From Massalongia carnosa (lineage: Eukaryota): a DNA stretch of 64,000 nt. The stretch is from positions 1,736,001 to 1,800,000 of the forward strand of contig OZ287067.1 in NCBI GenBank assembly GCA_965645245.1, given 5' to 3'. Shown piece by piece: positions 44,527 through 57,695 of the stretch (the first letter of the stretch is position 1; the number at the start of each line of letters is the position of its first letter). The position numbers were made by a program, and so were the translations under genes. The notes under the pieces were generated by a model. It was not told the DNA's origin and searched no databases. It saw only the letters and a program-made list of their open reading frames with translations.

Positions 44527-44569
44527 CTTCCAGCTGATGACTGCATGAAGGGACTTGAACCCTTAGAAG
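44527..44569 (-). ncRNA. Same motif, copy 4
   Basis: Closing stem CTTC/GAAG; hairpin AAGGG-TTCAAGT-CCCTT on the minus strand. Confidence 0.6.
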
Positions 44570-44922
44570 CATGGTGCAGGGACGCGCGCATTCTACCCCC
44601 CGGCGGTTGGCCTTCGTATCCTCTTCCGTACGTACGTCTGCGACGCGTGTGAACGCGTTAAATTAGCATTGTTTTGATGCGAAGAGATAGGAGCAAATCT
44701 ATGTTTGACGGTCGCCCCACGGTGAGGCCTTTAGCGTCTCCGTGGTGAGGACCGATGGTGTAGAAGGAGGAGGACCGATGGTGTAGGCTCGTCCGTCTCG
44801 AGTCTTATCTGTATCGAGTTCTGATATTCAGCGGTGAAAAGAGCTCAGAATGCGAGAATTGTTATACAGTCCCGCGAGAGTAGATATTTTTTGTAGATAA
44901 TTTTTATAGTAATAATTAAAGG

Positions 44923-45361
44923 TATCAAGGACTGGGCATGGGATTGAACTAATGTTCCTAGGAATTGGATTGGGTGAGCAAGATGTCTTTATTAATAAGG
45001 TTATAGCTAGGTGATGGATTGCTATACAAGACGTCGGACAAGGAGTCAACTATCTAATTAACTTGTCCTTCCTTTTATATTTGTCTCGAACCCCTTTGCA
45101 TGAAGATTCGATCAGTGTTCATCTCCCCCTATTAGGAGACGTACGGCACGAAGGTTTGACGAGGTGTTTGACGATAAAAGGTGGAGATGAGGTTCTCCTG
45201 TCGTTGGTACGCTTTGATACAGCTTTGACCTGAAGCCGTTGAGAGGGGTCTAAACTCAATTTAGTTAATGAGATTCTGACTATGCTGAATAGAGGAACGG
45301 GAGCTTAGTCAGATTCATCTGCGGGATTGCTTCTGGATCGGGTTGGTTCGATTTCATGACA
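44923..45361. mobile_element. Old solo LTR (439 bp) in the LINE-A copy 3 5' UTR
   Basis: T(A)TCAAG...CATGACA ends; near-TSD AAAGG/GAAGG at 44918..44922 and 45362..45366; host sequence resumes. Confidence 0.75.
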
Positions 45362-45666
45362 GAAGGTCATGCGACAACAGAACAGAAGAAAACAAGAAAA
45401 AAGAGCGATTTTTGGTGAGGTTGTTGGTTGCTATTTGTTGTTTTTTCCAATTTTTCCAACTTCTAGAGCGCGCTTTATCACGTCGGTCGCGTGCGACCAG
45501 CAGAAAAACTCTGCTGGAGCTTTGCTAGAGCTCTCCTACACTTAATCTGAGAGAGTTTTTGCTCTGGAGGAGCTCAAATGACTGAGAAATAGAGGCTCAA
45601 TTGACTGTTTAAGTTATAGTGTATCAAAAGTTGCGGTACTAGTGTTTCTTGTTGGCGTCGAGACTT

Positions 45667-48600
45667 AATCATCAATCGAACGATGTAGGATGCGAAATAT
45701 TTATCTCGCTAAATCCTAGAAAATCGAATGATGAATTAATGCTTGGTTAATGGCGGGACAACATTCGTTGACAAATATATAAAATACACAAAATGTCAAA
45801 TTTATTCAACATAATTGTGCAAAGTCCACGAATGCAATGATTTCGTGTCTGGAATATGCAGTATTAAATCGCGTTGATATTGTTTTATTTCAGGAACCAT
45901 GGACGCGAGATCAAAAAACAATTTCCCATCCGTCATTAACATGTATTATGCCGAAAATAGGGACTTATTGGCCGAAAGTAGCTATATTCGTTACAAAATG
46001 CAATCCAAAATTATAATACACGCCTAGAACGGATCTTATTATCGATTCTGATCTGCAAATTATCGAAATTACAATTGATGAAGTTCAAAAAGTGCAGATC
46101 TTTAACCTTTACAATGAAAAAAGTCTAAACGATCGAGAAACATATACAATCGATCGACTTTTAGTCAAATATCAACCTATATCAACTGATCAATTTGTCA
46201 TATGTGGAGATTTCAATGCACATCATAGCTGGTGGAATTCGAAGATTCAAAATGAAATTCGATCAGAATATCTAGTCAAATGGTCAAAATTAAACAAATA
46301 TAGTTTAATTAATACGCCTGATCTCCATACAATTTTTGCTTATTCAGGAAACACTTCATCTATTATTGATTTAACATTTGCAAATTCGAAAATCGAAAAC
46401 GCAATTACAAATTGGTTAATCGATGAAAACGCAGTCACGGGTTCAGATCATGAAGTTATTCGATTTGAACTTATCGCGTCTTTCAAGAACTTGACGTCAC
46501 ACGCAACCGCATTATCAAATAAATACAACTGCAATAAAGCCGATTGGGATAAATTCGCGAAGATGCTAGACGAAAATGCAATAAACTACGAGTCCCAAAT
46601 ACAAAGTCTATTGAACAATTATCAATTTGACGAATCTGCGTTATATTTGCAAAACGTTATCAAAAACGCGGCTGAAATGTTTATTCCGAAGACAAAAATA
46701 TTCGCAAAATCGAAAAATTGGTGGTCGCAAGATTTAACCGGACTTCGAAAAACCATGTGTAGACATCGTCGAGAATGGAAGAATAATCCGTCCTATTTTA
46801 GTCATCATACATTTAGAAATAGTCGAATCGAGTACTTTCATGTAATTCGAAAAGCGAAACAGCAAACTTGGTTGGCTTTCCTCGAACACGCAGCGAATAA
46901 AGACGTATTTACAGCTTATAAATACACTAAACCGCGCATGTTCGAAAAAATACCACCTATTCAATATGAAAACAGTTAAATGTTCAATTCGATCACAAAT
47001 GCGATGCGTTTGTGTCAGCAATGTACACAAAAAACCCGTTCACGTACGATAATATTGAAGATTTAACAAATCAATACAGCGAAAATGACAACAATTGGCC
47101 GAATTTGACCGAAAATGAATTGCAAAATGCGATTAGTTTGTTTAATCCAAAGAAATCATGTGGACCTGATGCAATCAATTTCACAATAGTTCAAAAATCG
47201 TTTCAACCATTGAAAAACGTGTTTCTTACTATTTATTCTAAATTTATACAAATCGGTTATCACCCGTTATGCTGGCGATCAGGACTCGGTGCAGTTTTAA
47301 AAAAACCTTATAAACCAGACTACTCGCTACCAAAATCATATCGAATTATTATATTACTGAATTGTCTTTGTAAAATTGCGGAGAAAATAGTTGCTAATCG
47401 ACTAGCCTACCTCGGCGAAAATTCGAGTTTGTTAGATACCGAACAAATGGGCGGAAGCAAAAATCATTCTGCAATCGATGCGGTAATGAACGTCGTTCAT
47501 GATATCGAAATCGCAAACCGAAACAAAAAGGTTTTATCATGTCTATTACTCGATGTCAAAGGAACATTTGACTTTGTTTCGATTAATCAATTGCTAAATG
47601 TCCTGAAAAAGCTGCATTTATCTCGCATAGTTATTCAATGGGTCAAGCATTTTATGACAAAACGATCGATCAATTTTATATTCGATGAACACAAAAGCAA
47701 AACGTACTATCGAATCTGGAATTCCACATTTTTCACCAATTTCGCCAATTCTATTTCTGATTTATATTCGTTATTTATTTCCGAAAATATGAATGAAATT
47801 CAATGCTGATTCACCTAGCTTTATAGACGATGTTGCAATATATGTCGAAATAAAACAGCCAAACTGAATTGCAAAGAAATCGAAATTATCGTCAAAACAG
47901 CTTTTGATTGGGCCGCAACGAATATTGTCAAATTTGATGACGACAAATTTGAGTTGATTCACTTCGAAAAGTTAAGAAATGCATCAAAAGACAAAGTGCA
48001 ATTACCAAACGTGACAATACTAGAAGCGAAAAATTCTGTCAAATGGTTAGGAGTCCGGTTAGACCGAAAACTAAATTACAAAAAACACGTCGAAACGCGA
48101 ATTGCTTCTGTAAATCGATCGTTTTTCGCAATTCAAAATTTGATGAAGTCTGAATGGGGACTAAAGCCAACTGCACGCAGACAGCTCTATTTGTCATGCA
48201 TTATTCCTATTTCGGACTATGGCTCAGAAATCTGGTATATTGGTCAAAAGAAATATGAAAAGCTATTTCAGAATCTGCAAAATCGAATGATTCGAGAGAT
48301 TTTAGGCACATTCGAAACCACGCCTGTTCAGGCGATGGAAATTGAATCGCATATTTTACTAGCCAAGCTACGATTGTTGATGAAAAATCAAAAATACGCA
48401 ATTCGATTATTGAAGAGGCCGATAATAATACTATTTGTCAAAGAATTCCCAGTACCTATTCTGTGAAATTTGAAAACATCGGTTTTGACACTAGTTTATG
48501 GAACAACAGATATGCTGAATGGAACGAAGACGAGAAAAAATCGATTAAAGCTCATCCTAGTCAGCTTATCCGTATTCTTTATTCCGTTTCGGATATAGTT

Positions 48601-49967
48601 CGCAAAACTGATGAATTCGAATCAGTAAATAATTTCATCAAACCATGGAAGCCGTCTTGTAAAATCAAGTTCCAGATGGAAAGATCAAAAGAAACAGCAA
48701 AGTCAAGTTATTATTCGACTTTATCGTAAGTTCAATCAATAAATGCCGATAAATCGCGAGTGTTACTCTATACCGATGGATCAAAAACCGAGTTTTCAAC
48801 TTCCGCTGTCACATTTGCACCAATTATGCGAAATTGGAACAATTTCACCGATAACTTCAATCGTTTTATCGAAAAAGATTGTCTCCTCAAACATCATACG
48901 ATTTCGAAAAGCTGGAAATTAAACAAACAGTCAAGCGTTAAAAACGCTGAACTGTATGCTATACTACAAGCAATAAAATGTGCATACAAATTGACAATTG
49001 CGAATATTCTCTCCAATTTAGTAAAAACCATTTGGATTTTTTCCGATAGCATAAACGCGATAAACAAAATTTAGAACTTTACATGTCATACTTACGCAAA
49101 ACAAATTCGAAAACTCTCGAAATGCTTATTCGGAAACAATTATCAGGTGGTTCTACAATGAATTCCTAGTCATTCGAAAATCGTCGAAAATGAAATTGCA
49201 GATAAAGCAGCAAAAGCGGGACAAAGTCGAATCCTAATCGAGTCTTCGATAATAACATTTGATTATTTAAAGGGTCAAATGAATCGAAATATGTTAGTCA
49301 CATGGGCGAATAGATGGCAACAATGCAAGTCAAAAGGCAAATACTATGAGAAATTCGAAATGCAGCCGGGTAAATCGAGTTTTTATTATCTGGCGAATAA
49401 TTGTTCGAATTTGATATTTGCGACGATTATGCAAATGAAATTCGGACACGGTTATTTTCGATCATATCTGCACCGATTGAAAGATTATAATTTGTCAAAA
49501 TGCACAGGGCGCTGCAACGAACGTCAAACGCCAGAACACTTATTGATGAATTGCATACATTATTCCAATGAAATCCTAAATATTAAAAAAAATATCGATA
49601 CCACAATTACTTTAAAAATGTTGTTTAATACTAGGATCGGAAATAATATTTTGATTAAATTTATTGTAGATAACAAAATCGCGACGAGAAAATGGATGCT
49701 AGGTCAGCTCGATGACGAAAATATCGAAACCGGAGATTGGGGAGAGATCGAACAGTAAAATTAGAAATGATTTATGCTGGAATATTCACGAGCTTTACAA
49801 AAACGAATTGTAAAATCGATATTTCGATTACTAAAGGTTGTTACTAACACGAATTAAAAACGGGGCAATATTTACGATACATAGTTTGGTTATAAAGGGT
49901 TGATTTATTTCTAAAATAAAACCTTATCTTAAAATAGTTTAGTGTCATAACCTTAGGTTGAATACAC
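45667..49967 (+). mobile_element. LINE-A copy 5 (subfamily A2), 5'-truncated and decayed, final tail missing
   Basis: Starts in the end of ORF1. ORF2 45750..49758 is broken by stops and frameshifts. Ends at GTTGAATACAC. Confidence 0.92.
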
Positions 49968-50874
49968 AAGACGTCAAAGCAATAAGCCAACCCCCAAAAC
50001 ATCGGTACCCTATATTTTGATATACTGAAACTTTCCCAACTTATTCTCCTCATTCTTTTCATTCATTTGAGCCTACCAGAAACTAAAACCCATCAGAATT
50101 GGGTACAGGAGAGCTCTTCCACTGCTCCTGCAGAGTTTTCCTCGCGGTCTGTCCGCCCCTTCACCAAAAAGCGCGTCCAAAAAATCTACAAAACACAAAA
50201 ACACCAACAACAACGTCAAAAATCGCTCGATTTTCGATATTTCTTCGGTTTAATTGTCGCATAGATCTCATCTATTATCACAAAAATTATCTACAAAATA
50301 TCATCACTGTCGCGTAACTGTACAACCTGTTCTCGAGACAACAAAATTTCTTGGTGTTCATTTGAAATTAAAGGTTACCGGTACCGTATACACTATTCCA
50401 TTTTGGGTTTTTTCGATTTTCGTTGAACTGCCGACCAACAATCTGCTGAAACGAAGGGGAAAAACGTCTGAAATAGGGTTAAACCAAAGGCCCTGTTTCA
50501 GGCTAACCAGAATAGGAAGTCTCCTCTCTCTCATTGTACTTGATTTTTATTTCTGGATCAAAAACATTTTTTTAAAAAAAAAATTTTCTGTTCGATCGTA
50601 AAATTCTTATTATATTCAATATATCGTAGTGTCAAGGTAAAGAGTTAAATAAGATCTATTGCCTAAGCGAGGAACGGTCTATTTTAACTCGACTAGGATT
50701 TATTTGACTTGTTATTGTCAAATAAATAGGGTTTGGAAAGCAAGAGTCTTTAGACCAGTAAATCGGCGTAAAAACTCTCTATTCTGACTATTACGTCCGG
50801 GGAACGTCAGAATAAATTATTTGGTGGCGATAAAGGGGATATAGCAAAGGCAACATCGATTTATTTATAAATCC

Positions 50875-52459
50875 ATGTTTAACGCGGTAATGAACCGCCG
50901 GAATATACCAAGGACACCACCCCCAGCCGGTCCCGCCCCCCTATCGACCCCTTACCCGGCCCCCCCCCGACTCTCCCCCGGACCATCTCCGGTGGCGTTG
51001 ATAGGGAGCTCTCCCCGTCTTGAACCTATGGATCAAACTCGCGAATATGCATCAGCCCCGTCCACACCGACACCAAAGGCAACGAAATTCCCATCGGGTC
51101 CATTTTCCACTATCTTGCCGATGCCTTCATTGAACTTAAATATTGGATCAAGCCCACCAATCAAACGAAATAAAAGACGCACATTTGACGAACATTCGAG
51201 AGATAGCCAAGAAGCGATCAATCGGGCAAATTCAATTGAGCTTCTAAAGTCGGCCAAAAAAGCATTATTGCAATCATTTGTACTGGACCAAAATCCACAA
51301 ACGGCTATCGTAATTGACAACGTTAATTCGTTGATTTCGAAAAAATCAATCAATTTACAAACATCTTTTGATATGATTAACTATAAAATAGGCATAGTAC
51401 TTGATCAAACTAGTCATCTTTCCTCAAAAACGTCACAACAACAAACGACTCCACTACAGAATGGTCCAAAAATCCAAAAACCTATTGTTAAATTGAACGA
51501 AAATTCAATTATCGAAAATCAGACCATTCGCAAAGGAGCCACCGGGGTCTCTGGTAACAATGTTAGCACAACCGGTACATGGAGTCAAATGCTTGGAAAA
51601 GCAACCGAAAACTTCGAAAATTGGACTACTATTCAAAGGAAAAGTTCGAATCATAATTCGAACAAAGTCGATCGATTTGATGCAATCAAGGCCAGACGAC
51701 TCGTAATTTCACCGAAAAATCCTGACGCTCAAATCGACTCTATGAAGCTGCGTGATCAAATTAACGAGCTATTAAAAAACGCAAATTTAAACATCATCGT
51801 CAATACTGTTGAAAAGTCCAAAACCGGTCAGAATATCGTTCTCACCACTAGCCCTGACAACAATGCAGAAGAATTGTTGAAAAATAAATCTTCATGGGAA
51901 CACATTTTCGAATCACAAAGAATTCGAAAAGACGAATCCTGGTTTAAAGTCATAGCACACGGAGTAAATATCTCGTTATTCGATAATAACATGCAATATT
52001 TGCAAACCGAAATCGAAAAATACAATTCGAATATGCAACTATGCGATTTACCAAGATGGCTTGCGCGGGACCGTCAAAACAAAGTCACGTCGTCGGTAGT
52101 TTTGACTTTCAATAATCAAAATCAAGCGTCAAACGCGTTAAGAGGCGTGAATATCGCGGGTAGACATTGTGACACGGAAAATATTTGCATCCGTTCGTCC
52201 AAACACGCAATGTATTAATTGTCAGAAATTTGGACATAAGCATTATCAATGCAAAAGTCCGGCAAAATGCAATATATGCGCACAAAGTCATGAAACGCAT
52301 AATCATGAATGCACAACATGCAAGTTTAAAATCGCATGCGCACATGCAATTCTGAAATGCGTCAATTGCAACAAAAATCATCAATCGAACGATATAGGTT
52401 GCGAAATGTTTATCTCGCTAAATCCTAGAAAATCGAATGATGAATTAATGCTTGGTTAA
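50875..52459 (+). pseudogene. A2 ORF1 with one frameshift near 52180
   Basis: ORFs 50875..52218 and 52169..52459 together cover an ORF1 homologue. Confidence 0.9.
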
Positions 52460-55400
52460 TGGCGGGACAACATTCGTTGACAAATATCGAAAATACACAA
52501 AATGTCAAATTTATTCAACATAATTGTGCAAAGTCAACGAATGCAATGATTTCGTGTCTGGAATATGCAGTATTAAATCGTGTTGATATTGTTTTATTTC
52601 AGGAACCATGGACGCGAGATCAAAAAACAATTTCCCATCCGTCATTCACATGTATTATGCCGAAAATAGCGACTTATCGGCCGAGAGTAGCTATATTCGT
52701 TACAAAATGCAATCCAAAATTACAATGCACGCCTAGAACGGATCTTATAAACGATACTGATCTGCAAATTATCGAAATTACAATTGATGAAGTTCGAAAG
52801 GTGCAGATCTTTAACCTTTACAATGAAAAAAGTCTAAACGATCGAGAAACATATACAATCGATCGACTTTTAGTTAAATATCAACCTATATCAACTGATC
52901 AATTTGTCATATGTGGAGATTTCAATGCACATCATAGCTGGTGGAATTCGAAGATTCAAAATGCAATTCGATCAGAAAATCTAGTCAAATTGTTAAAATT
53001 AAACAAATGTAGTTTGATAAATACGCCTGATCTATATACATTTTTTGCTCATTCAGGAAACTCTTCATCTATTATTGATTTAACATTTGCAAATTCTAAA
53101 ATCGAAAACGCAATTACAAATTGGTCAATCGATGGAAACGCAGTCACGGGTTCAGATCATGAAGTTATTCGATTTGAACTTATAGCGTCTTTCAAGAACT
53201 TGACGACACACGCAACCGCATTATCGAAAAAATACAACTGCAATAAAGCCGATTGGGATAAATTCGCGAAGTTTCTAGACGAAAATGCAGTAAACTACGA
53301 GTCCCAAATACAAAGTCTATTGAACAATTATCAATTTGATGAATCAGCGTTATATTTGCAAAACGTTATCAAAAACGCGGCTGAAATGTTTATTCCGAAG
53401 ACAAAAATATGCGCAAAATCGAAAAATTGGTGGTCGCAAGATTTAACCGGACTTCGAAAAATCATGTGTAGACATCGTCGAGAATGGAAGAATAATCCGT
53501 CCTATTTCAGTCATCAAACATTTAGATTTAGTCGAATCGAGTACTTTCATGCAATTCGAAAAGCGAAACAGCAAACTTGGTTGGCTTTCCTCGAAAACGC
53601 AGCGAATAAAGACGTATTTACAGCTTATAAATACACTAAACCGCGCATGTTCGAAAAAATACCCCCTATTCAATATGAAAATAAGTTAAATGTTCAATTC
53701 GATCACAAATGCGATGCGTTTGTGTCAGCAATGTACACAAAAAACCCGTTCACTGAAGATAATATTGAAGATTTAACGAATCAAGACAGCGAAAATGAAA
53801 ACAATTGGCCGAATTTAACCGAAAATGAATTGCAAAATGCGATTAGTTTGTTTAATCCAAAGAAATCATGTGGGCCTGATACAATCAATTTCACAATAAT
53901 TCAAAAATCGTTTCAACCATTGAAAAACGTGTTTTTTACTATTTATTCTAAATTTATACAAATCGGTTATCACACGTTATGTTGGCGAACAGGACTTGGT
54001 GCTGTTTTAAAAAAAACCTAATAAACCAGACTACTCGCTGCCAAAATCATATCGAATTATTTATTACCTTACTGAATTGTCTTGGTAAAATTGCGGAGAA
54101 AATAGTTGCTAATCGACTAGCCTACCTCGGCGAAAATTCGAGCTTGTTAGATACCGAACAAATGGGCGGACGGAAAAATCATTCTGCAATCGATGCGGTA
54201 ATGAACGTCGTTCATGATATCGAAATCGCAAACCGAAACAAAAACGTATTATCATGTCTATTACTCGATTTCAAAGGAGCATTTGACTTTGTTTCGATTA
54301 ATCAATTGATAAATGTCATGAAAAAGCTGCATTTATCTCGCATTGTTATTCAATGGGTCAAGCATTTTATGACAAAACGATCGATCAATTTGATATTCGA
54401 TGAACACAAAAGCAAAACGTACTATATCGAATCTGGAATTACACAAGGTTCACCAATTTCGCCAATTCTATTTCTGATTTATATTCGTTACTTATTTCCG
54501 AAAATACGAATGAAATTCAATGCTCATTCACCTAGCTTTATAGACGATGTTGCAATATATGTCGAAAATAAAACTGCCACACAGAATTGCAAAGAAATCG
54601 AAATTATCGTCAAAACAGCTTTTGATTGGGCCGCAACGAATAATGTCAAATTTGATGACGACAAATCTGAGTAGATTCACTTCGAAAAGTCAAGAAATGC
54701 ATCAAAAGACAAAGTGCAATTACCAAACGGGACAATACTAGAAACGAAAAATTCTGTCAAATGGTTAGGAGTCTGGTTAGACCGAAAACTAAATTACAAA
54801 AAACACGTCGAAACGCGAATTGCTTCTGCAAATCGATCGTTTTTCGCAATTCAAAATTTGATGAAGTCTGAATGGGGACTAAAGCCAACTGCATGCAGAG
54901 AGCTCTATTTGTCATGCATTATTCCTATTTCGGACTATGGCTCAGAAATCTGGTATAACGGTCAAAAGAAATATGAAAAGCTATTTCAGAATCTGCAAAA
55001 TCGAATGATTCGAAAGATTTTAGGCACATTCAAAACCACGCCTGTTCAGGCGATGGAAATTGAATCGCATATTTTACCAGCCAAGCTACGATTGTTGATG
55101 AAAAATCAAAAATACGCAATTCGATTATTGAAGATTGCCGAAAATAATCCTATTTGTCAAAGAATTCCCAGTACCTATACGGTGAAATTTGAAAACATCT
55201 GTTTTGACACTAGTTTATGGAACAACAGATATGTTGAATGGAACGAAGACGAGAAAAAATCGAGTAAACCTCATCCTAGTCAGCTTATCCGTATTCTTCA
55301 TTCCGTTTCGGATATAGTTCACAAAACTGATGAATTCGAATCAGTAAATAATTTCATCAAACCATGGAAGCCGTCTTGTAAAATCAAGTTCCAAATCGAA

Positions 55401-56474
55401 AGATCAAAAGAAACAGCAAAGTCAAGTTATTATTCGACTTTATCAAAAATTCAATCAATAAACGCCGATAAATCGCAAATTTTACTCTATACCGATTGAT
55501 CAAAAACCGAGTTTTCAACTTCCGCTGTCACATTTGCACCAATTACGCGAAATTGGAACAATTTCACCGATAAATTCAATCGTTTTATTGAAAAAGATTG
55601 TCTCCTCAAACATCATACGATTTCGAAAAGCTGGAAATTAAACAAACAGTCAAGCGTTAAAAACGCTGAACTGTATGCGATACTACAAGCAATAAAATGG
55701 GCATACAAATTGACAATTGCGAATATTCTCTTCAATTTGGAAAAAACGATTTGGATTTTTTCCGATAGCATAAATGCGATAAACGAAATTCAGAACTTGA
55801 CAAATCATACTTACGCAAAACAAATTCGAAAATTCTCGAAATGCTTATTCGGAAACAATTATCAGGTGGTTCTACAATGGATTCCTGGTCATTCGAAAAT
55901 CGTCGAAAATGAAATTGCAGATAAAGCAGCAAAAGCGGGACATAGTCGAATCCTAGTCGAGTCTTCGATAATAACATTTGATTATGTGAAGGGTCAAATA
56001 AATCGAAATATGTTAGCCACATGGGCGAATCAATGGCAACAATGCAAGTCAAAAGGCAAATACTATGAGAAATTCGAAATGCAGCCGGGCAAATCGAGTT
56101 TTTATTATCTGTCGAATAATTGTTCTAAATTAATATTTGCAACTATTATGCAAATGAAATTCGGACACGGTTATTTTCGATCATATCTGCACCGATTGAA
56201 AGATTATAATTCGTCAAAATGCACAGGGCGCTGCAACGAACGTCAAACGCCAGAACACTTATTGATGAATTGCATACATTATTCAAATGAAATCCTAAAC
56301 ATGAAACAAAATATCGATACCACAATTACTTTAAAAATGTTGTTTAATACTAGGATCGGAAATAATATTTTGATTAAATTTATTGTTGATAACAAAATCG
56401 CGGCTAGAAAATGGATGCTAGGTCAGCTCGATGACGAAAAAATCGAAACGGGAGGTTGGGGAGAGATCGATTAG
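52459..56474 (+). pseudogene. A2 ORF2 with frameshifts and stops
   Basis: Fragments 52459..54021, 53979..54674, 54714..55499 and 55710..56474. Confidence 0.92.
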
Positions 56475-56710
56475 AAATGATTTATGCTGGAATATTTACG
56501 AGCTTTACAAAAACAAATTTTAAAATCGATATTTCGATTACTAAAGGTTGTTACTAACACGGAGTAAAAACGGGGCAATATTGACGATACATAGTTGGGT
56601 TATAAAGGGTTGATTTATTTGTAAAATAAAACCATATCTTAAAATAGTTTAGTGTCATAACCTTAGGTTGAATACACTTAATGAATAAATAAATAAAAAA
56701 ATAAAAAAAA

Positions 56711-56778
56711 TTCGAATCGGTTATCACCCGTTATGCTGGCGGACAGGACTCGGTGCAGTTCTGAAAAAACCTAATAAA
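56711..56778 (+). mobile_element. LINE-A copy 7, left ORF2 fragment (host of copy 8)
   Basis: Encodes RIGYHPLCWRTGLGAVLKKPNK and continues at 63606. Confidence 0.85.
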
Positions 56779-57328
56779 GGTCAATTTTTGCAAAAAATTA
56801 TCGAAGGCCTGAACAACAAGAAACACAAGTACCGCAACTTTTGATACACTATAACTTTAACAGTCAATTGAGCCTCTATTTCTCAGTCATTTGCGCTCCT
56901 CCAGAGTTAAAACGCTCTCAGATTGAGTGTAGGAGAGCTCTAGCAAAGCTCCAGCAGAGTTTTTCTGCTGGTCGCACGCGACCGACGTGATAAAGCGCGC
57001 TCTAGAAGTTGGAAAAAACAACAAATACCAACAACCTCACCAAAAATCGCTCTTTTTTCTTGTTTTCTTCTGTTCTGTTGTCGCATGACCTTCAATTATT
57101 ACTATAAAAATTATCTACAAAAATTATCTACTCTCGCGGGACTGTACAAAAACTGTCGCGACGTCAGAGTCTTCTAAAGTTCATTCCTCATTTAAGGTTA
57201 CGGGAACTTCCGCAAGCACAAATTTTCATAGCATATTTCACGTATAATTTTTGCACATTCCATTTTCGGCTTTATAGATCTTCGTTGAACGGCCGGTCAA
57301 CAGATCACTGAAAAGAAGGGGAAAAACG

Positions 57329-57695
57329 TCTGGAATAGGATTATACCAAAGGTCCTGTTTCAGATTAATCAGAATAGGAAGTCTCCTATTGTCTTACATT
57401 GCATCAAAATTTATCTTTATTGAAAAAAGCAAAAAAAAAACTTTCATTATTTTCACCTATTGTAGTGTCTGGTAAAGGGTTAAATAAGACTTACTGCCTT
57501 AGCGAGGAACGGTCTATTTTAACCCGATTAGGATTTATTTGACGCGTTATAGTCAAATAAATAGGGATAGGAAAGAAAGAGTCATTTGACCAGTAAACAA
57601 ACAGGTGTAAATTCTATTCTGACTAGTACGTCCGGGGAAAGTCAGAATAAATTATTTGGTGGCGATAAAAGGGATATTGCAAAGGCAAAAACACT
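57329..57695 (+). promoter_or_regulatory. Conserved structured RNA region in the LINE-A 5' UTR (IRES-like candidate)
   Basis: Four hairpins with compensatory or loop-only changes relative to the A2 copy at 50467..50814. Confidence 0.6.

Larger units (their letters stand above)
31131..44851 (-). mobile_element. LINE-C: full-length but decayed Tad1-like LINE without RNase H, long 5' UTR, split by LINE-A copy 4
   Basis: (CAT)n tail at about 31135..31149. Imperfect TSD GCG(T/A)GAATT at 31122..31130 and 44852..44860, where the host LINE-A 5' UTR resumes. Confidence 0.85.
25149..45654 (-). mobile_element. LINE-A copy 3, old and decayed, host to several nested insertions
   Basis: Colinear pieces 25149..26019, 27821..28198, 28387..31130, 44852..44922 and 45362..45654 rejoin at TSDs. 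ORF1 (28941..30590) and ORF2 are broken. Confidence 0.88.
49968..56710 (+). mobile_element. LINE-A copy 6 (subfamily A2), about full-length, frameshifted
   Basis: Diverged 5' UTR, (TAAA)n/poly(A) tail. Confidence 0.92.

Noticed and set aside
43850..44569. Hammerhead ribozymes, suggested by plus-strand CTGATGA...GAAA
   Set aside because: GAAA is GGGG and GAAG in copies 3 and 4, copy 1 has CCGATGA, stem II cannot form, and stem I does not pair next to the core. A canonical hammerhead is not supported.
44527..44620. tRNA gene, suggested by the GGTTCAAGTCC T-loop
   Set aside because: No acceptor, D or anticodon arms could be built, and the T-loop hairpin is at the wrong position in the fold.
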